Shown in pieces: positions 41,340 to 50,238 of a stretch of 64,000 bases of DNA (position 1 is its first letter; every line of letters begins with the position of its first letter). The stretch is from positions 39,684 to 103,683 of the forward strand of contig CAZLFP010000003.1 of assembly GCA_964558935.1 (NCBI GenBank), in the 5' to 3' direction. Position numbers and translations under genes: made by a program. The notes beneath the pieces are model-generated. The model was not told the origin of the DNA, did not search any database, and saw nothing but the letters and a program-made list of their open reading frames with translations. This DNA is from an uncultured Gammaproteobacteria bacterium. GTDB lineage: Bacteria > Patescibacteriota > Patescibacteriia > 2-01-FULL-39-33.

Positions 41340-41852
41340 ATGCGGAGGCTTAAGGATCAAAGAGGTTTAACTTTAATAGAGCTGCTAGTCGTTGTAACGA
41401 TATTGGGTATACTAGCAGCTGCTATTTTTGTGGCTTTAAATCCGGTTAAATTGTTTAAAGACTCCAGAGACGTGGTCAGAAGGCAGGATGTGGAAACGAT
41501 TCTAACGGCAATTGGTTTGTACCAGGTTAACAGCGGAGGTATTAATCCGACCGAGATTCAGGGTTTAACTGCGGGTCGAGTGTATATGATCACCGACGGA
41601 GCCCAAGCCACCGGCTGTGATGATTACGGAACCAATGGCTGTGATACCGAGGTATACGGTGATAGTTATTGTGCTGATTTGGATGAATTGGTGGATAATG
41701 GCTATTTGGGCGATATTCCGATCAGTCCCACCGGCACGACCACTTGGTCTGAAGACATGACCGGTTACACGATTGAAAAATCATCCAACGGCAACATCTT
41801 CATTCGAGCCTGTGAATCTGAAAGCGGAGATGAAATTTGGGTAGTAAGATAA
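41340..41852 (+). CDS. Type IV pilin paralog
   Basis: RG|LTLIELLVV, ALNP..SRD and four Cys. Confidence 0.9.
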   Translation: MRRLKDQRGLTLIELLVVVTILGILAAAIFVALNPVKLFKDSRDVVRRQDVETILTAIGLYQVNSGGINPTEIQGLTAGRVYMITDGAQATGCDDYGTNGCDTEVYGDSYCADLDELVDNGYLGDIPISPTGTTTWSEDMTGYTIEKSSNGNIFIRACESESGDEIWVVR

Positions 41853-42266
41853 TATGAATACAAAAGGTTTAACTTTAATTGAATTATTGATCGTGGTGGC
41901 CATTTTGGCCATTTTGGCTTCAATTATTTTTTTAGCTTTGAATCCGGTTAAGAGATTCCAAGATTCTCGCGATGCGGTTAGAGCTGAAGATATTGAGAAT
42001 ATCATTAATGCCATTGGTTTGTACCAGGTGGATAATGGTGGTATTTTGCCGTCTGAAATTCAAGGTTTGACAGCTGACAGAGTGTATATGATTACCGACG
42101 GAGATGAAACCAGCGGTTGTGATGATTATAATGATTGCGATACGGAGGTGTATGCAGATAACTACTGTGCTGATTTGGATATTTTAGTCACGGAAGGTTA
42201 TTTGGGCGATATTCCGATCAGTCCCACCGGCACGACCACTTGGTCTGAAGACATGACCGGTTACAC
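41703..42266 (+). repeat. Exact 68-bp repeat shared by the second and third pilins (41703-41770 and 42199-42266)
   Basis: tatttgggcgatattccg...gaccggttacac is identical in both genes. Confidence 0.9.
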
Positions 42267-42348
42267 AATTGAAAAGACAGCAGCCGGTAATATTTTTATT
42301 CGTGCTTGTGAATCTGAGGGCGGGGATGAGCTTTGGTTATCCAGATAA
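41854..42348 (+). CDS. Type IV pilin paralog
   Basis: KG|LTLIELLIV; highly similar to the preceding pilin. Confidence 0.9.
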   Translation: MNTKGLTLIELLIVVAILAILASIIFLALNPVKRFQDSRDAVRAEDIENIINAIGLYQVDNGGILPSEIQGLTADRVYMITDGDETSGCDDYNDCDTEVYADNYCADLDILVTEGYLGDIPISPTGTTTWSEDMTGYTIEKTAAGNIFIRACESEGGDELWLSR

Positions 42349-42364
42349 TTGATGAGTGTTAAAC

Positions 42365-42386
42365 CAGCTCATAAGAGCTGTTTTTT
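42365..42386 (+). terminator. Terminator after the pilin triplet
   Basis: cagctc-ataa-gagctg followed by 6 T. Confidence 0.75.
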
Positions 42387-42419
42387 GATTTCTGGCGATT
42401 TTTTTGCTAAGATAAAGTC

Positions 42420-43157
42420 ATGATTTATGCATTAATTAGTGTTTTCTTAGTCAGTTTAACGGCTTTTATTGGAGCTTTAAGCTTGGCTTTAACAGATAAG
42501 TTGCTTAAGAAAGTCATCATTTATTTAGTGGCTTTTTCTGCCGGCGGTTTGCTGGGTGGCGCTTTTTTTCATTTAATTCCTGAATCATTGGAAGATATTT
42601 CAGATCCTGATTTATTGTTTGTTTATGTGTTGGTAGGTTTTAGTTTGTTTTTTATCTTGGAAAGAATATTAAGATGGCACCATTGCCACCAACCCGACTG
42701 TCAAACTCATCGTCATCTGGGATGGATGAATTTGGTGGGAGACGGCATTCATAATCTGATTGACGGGTTGGTGATTTACGCTGCCTTTGCAGTTGGTCCT
42801 GAGTTGGGTATTCCTGTCACCGTGTCCATTATTTTTCACGAAATACCACAGGAATTGGGAGATTTTGGAGTACTGATTTATGCCGGTTTTTCTAAAGCCA
42901 GAGCTTTGATGTATAATTTTATTTCAGCTCTGTTTGCGGTCTTCGGTGTTTTAATTGGTTTTTTTGTATTTAATCTGACACAGTGCGGCAGTTGCTTTTT
43001 ATTGCCTTTAGCGGCCGGTGGTTTTATTTATATCGCAGCTTCAGATTTAATACCGGAAATTCATAAGCAAGAGCAGAATGTAAAAGCTGTCATTTCGTTT
43101 TTTGTCTTTATTTTGGCAGCTGTCATGATGCTCGTCATTAAAATATTAAGTCATTGA
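42420..43157 (+). CDS. ZIP-family metal transporter
   Basis: HLIPE, His-rich loop, DGIHNLIDG, HEIPQELGD and DLIPE. Confidence 0.93.
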   Translation: MIYALISVFLVSLTAFIGALSLALTDKLLKKVIIYLVAFSAGGLLGGAFFHLIPESLEDISDPDLLFVYVLVGFSLFFILERILRWHHCHQPDCQTHRHLGWMNLVGDGIHNLIDGLVIYAAFAVGPELGIPVTVSIIFHEIPQELGDFGVLIYAGFSKARALMYNFISALFAVFGVLIGFFVFNLTQCGSCFLLPLAAGGFIYIAASDLIPEIHKQEQNVKAVISFFVFILAAVMMLVIKILSH

Positions 43158-43158
43158 T

Positions 43159-43425
43159 ATGCGAGTTATTAAAGTTGGGGCCGATTGGTGCCCGGAATGT
43201 TTAATCATGAAGCCTCGGTGGGCTGAAATTGAGCAAGAATTGACTTGGCTCCAGACGGAGTTTGTCGATTTGGACCAACAGTCAGCTATTAAGCAAAAGT
43301 ACCAGATAGACAAGGTGCCGGTTTTTATTTTTTTAGACAAAAATGGTCAGGAATTCGCACGCAAAGAGGGTTTGGTGGAAAAGAAAGACCTTATTGATTT
43401 TATTCAGCAAAACCGAGACAAGTAA
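43159..43425 (+). CDS. Small thioredoxin-family protein
   Basis: WCPEC and KVPVFIF. Confidence 0.88.
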   Translation: MRVIKVGADWCPECLIMKPRWAEIEQELTWLQTEFVDLDQQSAIKQKYQIDKVPVFIFLDKNGQEFARKEGLVEKKDLIDFIQQNRDK

Positions 43426-43429
43426 GCAT

Positions 43430-44611
43430 ATGTTAAAAAAAATAGTTTATTGCATAATTGTGTTGTTAGGCCTAAGTCTAGGCAATCTCACTCAAGCTGC
43501 CGAGTCGGTTGAGTTGCATTTTTTCTATTCTCCCACCTGTCCACACTGTGCTGATGAGAAAGTCTTGTTGGATGAGTGGGAAAACAAGTATCCTGATTTG
43601 CAGATCTACAGATACAATATTGTGGAACCTGACACGGTGGATATTATTGGGGATTTCTACGCTCGTTACCAAGTACCGGCAGAAGAAAAAGGTAGGACAC
43701 CGGTTACTTTTATTCAAAAACCGAACAGCTTGGGTAAATATCTGTTGGGTTACAGCCAAGTGGCAGGTCAGGCCTTGGAAGAATATGTGGTGGCTCTAAT
43801 GGAAAACGGATTACACAACGGTGGTCAGGTAACAGATATCAGTTCCACAACCCAATTCACCCTTCCCTGGATTGGCCAAATAAATCCAACAGGTTTGTCG
43901 CCTTTGGCTTTAAGTATGATTGTGGGAGCCTTAGACGGCTTTAATGCCTGTGCCATGGTGGCTTTGGGTTTTTTACTCATGATTCTAGTTTCAACCGGTA
44001 TACGCCAACGCGTTTTTTGGATAGGTGGTACTTTTATTTTTGTTTCCGGATTGGTTTATTTTCTGTTCATCACCGCTTGGTTAAATTTATTTTTATTTCT
44101 AGGTTATTTAAAGGTCATTACAATCATTGTGGGCGTGTTTATCATTGCTTTCAGCCTGTTTGTGCTGAAAGATTATTTTTCGGGTATTGTGTGTCAGATT
44201 TGCCAAGTTAAAGAACATGAAGGTGTATTAACTAAGTTTCAAAGAAAATTGTTTGCCAAAATGACTCAGCTGGCTCAAACAGACATGCCACTGATTTGGT
44301 TACTGCTGGGAGTAGCGGTGGTGGCGGCCGGTATAAACTTAGTGGAACTGTTTTGTTCGTTGGGTTTTCCGTTGGCATACACTAAGATTTTAACCAATTA
44401 CCAATTGCCCACTTGGCAGTACTATGGCTATTTGGTAGTCTATGTGATCTTTTATATGCTGGATGATTTTTTAATTTTTGTCTTAGCTTTATTTACTTTA
44501 AGAGTCACAAAATTGAGTGACCGATATCTGAAGATTATTAAACTAATAAGTGGCATTATTTTATTGATTTTAGGCGTTTTAATCATCTTTCGTCCGGAAA
44601 TCTTAGCCTAA
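43430..44611 (+). CDS. Exported thioredoxin/glutaredoxin domain fused to a CcdA/DsbD-like membrane domain
   Basis: Signal peptide, CPHC, DGFNACAM and VELFCS membrane Cys pair; start ATG 43430. Confidence 0.82.
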   Translation: MLKKIVYCIIVLLGLSLGNLTQAAESVELHFFYSPTCPHCADEKVLLDEWENKYPDLQIYRYNIVEPDTVDIIGDFYARYQVPAEEKGRTPVTFIQKPNSLGKYLLGYSQVAGQALEEYVVALMENGLHNGGQVTDISSTTQFTLPWIGQINPTGLSPLALSMIVGALDGFNACAMVALGFLLMILVSTGIRQRVFWIGGTFIFVSGLVYFLFITAWLNLFLFLGYLKVITIIVGVFIIAFSLFVLKDYFSGIVCQICQVKEHEGVLTKFQRKLFAKMTQLAQTDMPLIWLLLGVAVVAAGINLVELFCSLGFPLAYTKILTNYQLPTWQYYGYLVVYVIFYMLDDFLIFVLALFTLRVTKLSDRYLKIIKLISGIILLILGVLIIFRPEILA

Positions 44612-44619
44612 AACGACTT

Positions 44620-45714
44620 ATGTACAAAATACTTGTTACAATCTGTTGTTTTTTCATCTGCTGGCCAGTCATGAGTTTGGCGAGCCAGGGTCAAACTTTC
44701 CAAGCCAGAGTTATTCAGATTCTTGAGACAAGACAGCTGACCACAGATCAGGGTCAAGTTGTGAGTCAACAAAATCTTAAACTCAAGGGTTTGTCTGGAG
44801 ACTACCAAGGACAAGAATTTAACTATTTGGGTATAGATGATTACCAACTTGTAGACAGCCAGGTTTACCAAATAGGAGATAAGGTTTGGGTGAGTGCTGA
44901 GTCAGACGTAGACAACCAGGTGGTTTTTTATGTTTTGGATCATGTGAGAACCAATAGTCTGTATCTGCTGATCTTGGTATTTTGTTTGGCAGTGATTCTG
45001 ATCGGAGGCTGGCAGGGCATGAGGTCTCTGTTGAGCTTACTCGTTAGTCTGGTCATTATCTGTGGATTGATTATTCCGGCTATCTTGAGCAATTACCCTG
45101 TCCTACCGGTGGGCATTGGCGGTGCCATGCTTATTCTCATCTGCATTATCTATCTCACTGAAGGTATTAATCTTAAGTCCCACTTAGCCATATTTAGTAT
45201 TTTAATCTGCTTGGTTATCACCAGTGCCCTAGCTGTAGTGTTTACGAATCTAACTCAATTAAATGGCTTGGCCCAAGATGAAGTGGCCTACCTCATTACC
45301 ATTCCCGGTTTAAACCTTAATTTTCAAGGTCTGTTGCTGGTCGGTATTATATTGGGCACTTTAGGTGTCTTGGACGATGTGGTGATTGGTCAAATAGAAG
45401 CTGTTAAGCAGCTTAAGATTGCTAACCAACAGTTAAGCCGGATTAAAGTTTTCAGCCTGGGTATGCAGGTCGGCAAGGCACACTTGGGTGCGATTATTAA
45501 TACCTTGTTTTTGGCCTATGCCGGTGCTGCCCTGCCTTTACTGCTCCTGATCAATCTCAATCCGACCGGGGTCAGTCTGGAGCAAATTTTAAGCAATCCC
45601 GTGATGATGACTGAAATTGTCAGAACCATTGTGGGCAGTTTAGGCTTGGTTTTAGCCGTACCCATAGCCACTTTTTTGGCCAGTCAGTTTCTCAAACCCG
45701 GCCAGTTGCAATAA
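44620..45714 (+). CDS. YibE/F-family membrane protein
   Basis: LGVLDDV, INTLFLAYAGAALP and EIVRTIVGS. Confidence 0.9.
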   Translation: MYKILVTICCFFICWPVMSLASQGQTFQARVIQILETRQLTTDQGQVVSQQNLKLKGLSGDYQGQEFNYLGIDDYQLVDSQVYQIGDKVWVSAESDVDNQVVFYVLDHVRTNSLYLLILVFCLAVILIGGWQGMRSLLSLLVSLVIICGLIIPAILSNYPVLPVGIGGAMLILICIIYLTEGINLKSHLAIFSILICLVITSALAVVFTNLTQLNGLAQDEVAYLITIPGLNLNFQGLLLVGIILGTLGVLDDVVIGQIEAVKQLKIANQQLSRIKVFSLGMQVGKAHLGAIINTLFLAYAGAALPLLLLINLNPTGVSLEQILSNPVMMTEIVRTIVGSLGLVLAVPIATFLASQFLKPGQLQ

Positions 45715-45762
45715 TCGGTTAAATGTAATAAAATTTAAGATACAGATAAGTAACACAAAAAT

Positions 45763-46602
45763 ATGTTTAATCCTTTTAAAAAGGCTCAAGAGCGAGAAAA
45801 AAAAGAACGTTCTTTCATTGAAGGCCTCAGCTACGGTCTAGGCGGTTCATTAATTATACTGGTTGTTATTCTGGCTATCATGTTTGCCGTTAACAGACAA
45901 CCGGAGCAAGTCACGGATACTCCGGGAGCGGATTTGAGAATTACCATTATTACGTCCAAGAATTGCCAAGATTGTTTTGATATTAACATGGTTTTAGACG
46001 CCATTTTCCAAGCTGATGTTAATGAAACAGGCAGAGAAACTTTATACATTGAAGATAAGGCTACTCAGAAACTGATAGATAAGTACCAGATTGAAAAAGT
46101 CCCATCTTTGTTGATTGCCGGTGAGCTGTATGAAAACGAGGAATTGAAAAGTTTTTGGCCGATTATCGGAGAAGTGGTAGATAATGTTTTTGTGTTTAGA
46201 CAACTTATCCCTCCTTACATAGAAACTGCCACCGGTAACCTGAGAGGTCGAGTGGAAGTCACTTATTTAACAGACAACAGCTGTCAGGAGTGCTATGATG
46301 TTTTTGACCATCGAGACGCTTTAACCGGTTTGGGCTTAACTTTGAGGCAGGAAAGTGAAATTGATGTTGATTCTGAAGCCGGACAAGCTTTGGTTGATCA
46401 GTATGGTATTACCCAAGTGCCAACCATTATTTTAACCGGAGATGTTGATGTTTACCAGTCTGTACAACAGATTTGGCCGATGTATGGTACGATAACAGCT
46501 GACGGGGCCTATGTTTTTTCAGCTCTGGATTTGATAGGCACTTACCGTGATTTGGAGACCGGTGAAATAGTCGAATTTGATGAGGCCAGTTTGACACAAT
46601 AA
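45763..46602 (+). CDS. Membrane-anchored protein with two thioredoxin-like CxxC domains
   Basis: TM, then CQDC..KYQIEKVP and CQEC..QYGITQVP repeats. Confidence 0.72.
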   Translation: MFNPFKKAQEREKKERSFIEGLSYGLGGSLIILVVILAIMFAVNRQPEQVTDTPGADLRITIITSKNCQDCFDINMVLDAIFQADVNETGRETLYIEDKATQKLIDKYQIEKVPSLLIAGELYENEELKSFWPIIGEVVDNVFVFRQLIPPYIETATGNLRGRVEVTYLTDNSCQECYDVFDHRDALTGLGLTLRQESEIDVDSEAGQALVDQYGITQVPTIILTGDVDVYQSVQQIWPMYGTITADGAYVFSALDLIGTYRDLETGEIVEFDEASLTQ

Positions 46603-46627
46603 AGGGTTTTAAAAGTTTAAAGATATC

Positions 46628-46660
46628 CAACCCCGTTAACTGCTAGCGGGGTTGCTTTTT
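46628..46660 (+). terminator. Rho-independent terminator
   Basis: caaccccgtta-actgc-tagcggggttg followed by cttttt. Confidence 0.75.
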
Positions 46661-46689
46661 AACCTTAAAATTGGTAAGATTTTAGTATT

Positions 46690-47373
46690 ATGACAGGAAA
46701 ACTTTATATCATTGCCACTCCAATTGGGAATCTCAAAGATCTGACTTTGAGAGCTTTGGAAGTTTTACAGCAAGTTGAGATAGTGGCTTGTGAAGATACC
46801 AGAGTATCCAAGAAATTATGGGATCATTATGAGTTGAAAACTCAAATGATTTCATATCATCAACATAGCACAGACAGTAGGGTGAGACAGATTATGGATT
46901 GGCTGAAGCAAGGTAAGGAAATAGGCTTGATTACTGATGCCGGTACACCTGGCATTGCCGATCCTGGTAACAAATTAATCGCCGATATTCTAAAGGAGTT
47001 GCCAGACTGTCAAATTATACCGGTCCCGGGTCCTTCAGCTGTGATTGCCGCTTTGAGCGTATCAGGTTTTAAAACTGATAGATACACATTTTTCGGTTTT
47101 ATTCCAAACAAGAAGGGTAAACAGACTATGTTACGGCAAATAGTCGATAGCCAGTACACGGCTGTTTTTTATGAGTCATGTCATCGGATTATGAAAACCT
47201 TAAATATGTTAAAAGAGCTGATGCCCCTTGGGGCTCAGAAACAGATAGTCGTGACTCGCGAACTGACTAAAAAATTTGAAACCATTTATCGCGGGACCTT
47301 GGATCAGGTTATGGATCAATTACAAGTCGGCGCCACTAAAGGTGAATTCGTGGTGGTTGTCGGTGCTAAATAA
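46690..47373 (+). CDS. rsmI: 16S rRNA C1402 2'-O-methyltransferase
   Basis: ATPIGNLKD, CEDTR, DAGTPGIADPG and RELTKKFE. Confidence 0.96.
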   Translation: MTGKLYIIATPIGNLKDLTLRALEVLQQVEIVACEDTRVSKKLWDHYELKTQMISYHQHSTDSRVRQIMDWLKQGKEIGLITDAGTPGIADPGNKLIADILKELPDCQIIPVPGPSAVIAALSVSGFKTDRYTFFGFIPNKKGKQTMLRQIVDSQYTAVFYESCHRIMKTLNMLKELMPLGAQKQIVVTRELTKKFETIYRGTLDQVMDQLQVGATKGEFVVVVGAK

Positions 47374-48902
47374 TGAATATTAATATGTCTAAATTCTATA
47401 TCACAACACCTATCTATTACGTGAATGACAAGCCGCATATCGGTCATGCTTACACAACCATTGCGGCTGATGTCTTAGCGCGCTATCATCGGTTGAGAGG
47501 AGAGGACACCTACTTTTTGACCGGCACGGATGAACACGGAGCCAAAGTGGCTCAAACAGCTGAAGAGCAGGGTAAGTCTCCTCAAGAGTTTTGCAATGAA
47601 AACTCTGCCAAGTTTCAGCTCTTGTGGGATCGGTTGAATATTTCCAATGACCAGTTTATCCGAACCACGTCAGATCTTCATAAGCAAGGGGTGAAGCAAT
47701 TTTTAACTAAGTTAAAGGACAAGGGGGCCATCTATGAAGGCGATTATGAGGGCTTGTACTGTACGGGCTGTGAAAAATTCATGACGGAAAAAGATTTGGT
47801 GGACGGCAAGTGTCCAGATCACCAGACAGCACCTGAGGTGGTGAAAGAAAAAAATTATTTCTTTAGTTTGAATGAATATATTCAACAAGTGAAAGAACTG
47901 ATTGACCAGGACAAGATTAAAATTCTGCCTGCTCACCGCAAGAATGAAGTTTTGGGTCTAATCAAACAGGGTTTGGAAGATTTTTCCATTTCCAGAGAAA
48001 GTGTGAAATGGGGCATTGAGCTGCCTTTTGACGAACGGCAAGTCACTTATGTTTGGGTGGAAGCATTACAAAACTATTTGACCGCCATTGGTTATGGTTC
48101 GAATCAGGACAAATTTATCAGGTATTGGCCGGCTAACATTCATCTCATGGCCAAAGATATCATTAAGTTCCATGCTTTGTATTGGCCGGCTCTGTTGTTG
48201 GCAGCGGATTTACCACTACCGTCAGTCATTTATGCTCATGGCTTTTTTACGGTGGATGGACAAAAGATGAGCAAATCTTTGGGCAACACCATAGATCCAG
48301 ACGCTTTAATCGATGCTTTAGGTACGGATGCGGTCAGATATTTATTGTTATCTCAGTTTCCTTTTGGACAGGATGGTGATGTTAAAGCCAGTGCTTTTGC
48401 CATTCAATACAATGCGGATTTGGCAAATGGTTTGGGTAATTTGGTCTCCAGAGTAATTGCCATGACAGACAAATATTTCAATGGCCTGGTGCCGCAAAAA
48501 GATTATGAATTTGCAGATGAAGTGGCTGGTATTTGGGGACAGTATGAAGAGGCTTTAAACAATTTTCAAGTAGATAAAGCCATTGAAACCATTAAGAAAT
48601 TAAATGCCTTTGCAGACGGTTATGTGGAAAGGCAAAAACCGTGGGAATTAGCCAAAGATGAAGCCAATCAAGAGCAGTTGGCTAAAGTTATCTATAATCT
48701 GTTGGAAATTGTCAGACAGTTATCCATTATGATTTTTCCCATCATGCCAGATACTTCAGATAGGATTGCCGGTAGTTTGAACCAAACAAATTGGAAGGAT
48801 AAGACTTACCCAGAATTGAAAAAGTGGGGTGGTTTAGAGTCGGGAGTTAAAGTTGAAAAAGGCGAGTCTTTATTCCCCAGATTGGATAATCAGGCTAAAT
48901 AG
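47373..48902 (+). CDS. metG: Methionyl-tRNA synthetase (short form)
   Basis: FYITTPIYYVN..HIGH, GTDEHG and KMSKS. Confidence 0.97.
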   Translation: MNINMSKFYITTPIYYVNDKPHIGHAYTTIAADVLARYHRLRGEDTYFLTGTDEHGAKVAQTAEEQGKSPQEFCNENSAKFQLLWDRLNISNDQFIRTTSDLHKQGVKQFLTKLKDKGAIYEGDYEGLYCTGCEKFMTEKDLVDGKCPDHQTAPEVVKEKNYFFSLNEYIQQVKELIDQDKIKILPAHRKNEVLGLIKQGLEDFSISRESVKWGIELPFDERQVTYVWVEALQNYLTAIGYGSNQDKFIRYWPANIHLMAKDIIKFHALYWPALLLAADLPLPSVIYAHGFFTVDGQKMSKSLGNTIDPDALIDALGTDAVRYLLLSQFPFGQDGDVKASAFAIQYNADLANGLGNLVSRVIAMTDKYFNGLVPQKDYEFADEVAGIWGQYEEALNNFQVDKAIETIKKLNAFADGYVERQKPWELAKDEANQEQLAKVIYNLLEIVRQLSIMIFPIMPDTSDRIAGSLNQTNWKDKTYPELKKWGGLESGVKVEKGESLFPRLDNQAK

Positions 48903-48919
48903 AAATTAACTTGTGAGTC

Positions 48920-49408
48920 ATGTTGTTTACCCTCACCGACTTAGTTTTAGTTGGTATTATTATCTTCTTTGCCACTTTGGGGTTGGTTTTGGGTTTAATT
49001 CAAGCTATTGGAGCTTTAATTGGTTTGGCTGTGGGTATTTGGACTGCTCTGGCTTTTTACGTACCGGTAGCTAGCTGGTTGGAACCGATGCTAATTGGCA
49101 ATACCACGGCTGCTCAAATTTTGGCTTTCATTGCCTTATTCCTCATTACCAGTCGTTTGATAGCCTTAGCCTTTTGGGTGATTAATAAGATATTTAAACT
49201 ATTAGCCTTAATACCTTTTTTGGGTTCTATCAACCGGATTGGCGGTTTTTTACTCGGGATTATTGAGGGTATCTTATTTTGTGGAATCAGTATTTATGTT
49301 GTAGTCAACCTTTCCCATGAAGCCGGTTGGTTAATTGAATCTTTAAATCAGTCTCAAGTCGCTCATAGCTTAGTCTGGTTAATTCATTATTTAACGAATT
49401 TAATTTAA
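48920..49408 (+). CDS. CvpA-family membrane protein
   Basis: Four TMs and the INRIGGFLLG motif. Confidence 0.85.
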   Translation: MLFTLTDLVLVGIIIFFATLGLVLGLIQAIGALIGLAVGIWTALAFYVPVASWLEPMLIGNTTAAQILAFIALFLITSRLIALAFWVINKIFKLLALIPFLGSINRIGGFLLGIIEGILFCGISIYVVVNLSHEAGWLIESLNQSQVAHSLVWLIHYLTNLI

Positions 49409-49409
49409 T

Positions 49410-50237
49410 ATGTTGGTAGATTCTCATGCTCATTTGAACTTTCAAGCTTTTGAAGCTGACAGACAGCAAGTGATTGCCCGTTGTCTAAAGCAGGATATGA
49501 AAGTTATAAACGTGGGTTCACAATCTCTGACTTCCCAAATGGCGGTTAAAATTGCCGGCCAATATCCGGATATGTACGCGGCGGTTGGCATTCACCCCAT
49601 TCATGTTGGTCAATACGAATATGATCCACATGAGAGCCAGGCTCATGAGCAAATCGAACAATTGACCACCGAGCAAATGTTTGAACAAATCAGTCAATTG
49701 GCCAAGCAAGCCAAGGTGGTGGCTATCGGTGAAACCGGTTTAGATTATTATAGATTGAAAGGAGAAAAGGAAGCAACTCAGCAGTTGCAACGAGACTGGT
49801 TTGTACAACACTTAGACCTGGCGCAATCTCTTAAACTGCCGGTTATCTTGCACTGTAGAACCGAAGAGGGTTACCGAGATATGTATGAGCTGATCCGTCG
49901 CAGAAGCTTAACCGGAGTTGTTCATTGTTTTGGTTCAGATGCTGTCATGGCTCAGAAATTTGTGGATTTAGGTTACTATATTGGCTTAACCGGGATTGTT
50001 ACTTTTAGAAAAAATGCTGAAGAACTTCAACGGGTGGCCATAGATATGCCACTGGACAGGATTTTAATTGAAACAGACTGTCCATACCTGACACCGGAAC
50101 CGCATCGGGGAGAAAGAAATGAACCGATATACGTTAAATACATTGCTGGCAAAATAGCTCAGCTTAAAGGCTTAAGCGTGGAACAAGTCGCCCAGGCGAC
50201 GTCTGACAATGCAATTGAATTATTTAATCTAAGTTAA
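49410..50237 (+). CDS. tatD: TatD-family nuclease
   Basis: DSHAH, GIHP, IGETGLDY, HCF and ETDCPYL. Confidence 0.95.
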   Translation: MLVDSHAHLNFQAFEADRQQVIARCLKQDMKVINVGSQSLTSQMAVKIAGQYPDMYAAVGIHPIHVGQYEYDPHESQAHEQIEQLTTEQMFEQISQLAKQAKVVAIGETGLDYYRLKGEKEATQQLQRDWFVQHLDLAQSLKLPVILHCRTEEGYRDMYELIRRRSLTGVVHCFGSDAVMAQKFVDLGYYIGLTGIVTFRKNAEELQRVAIDMPLDRILIETDCPYLTPEPHRGERNEPIYVKYIAGKIAQLKGLSVEQVAQATSDNAIELFNLS

Positions 50238-50238
50238 T

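Noticed and set aside
32244-42266. Direct repeats as a possible CRISPR array or DGR template/variable pair
   Set aside because: Each has only two copies, in frame within coding sequence. There are no spacers, no adenine-specific mismatches, and no cas or reverse transcriptase gene.
43155-43157. Possible UGA recoding (genetic code 25)
   Set aside because: The ZIP transporter and ctpA end at TGA at expected lengths, and conserved genes have no in-frame TGA.
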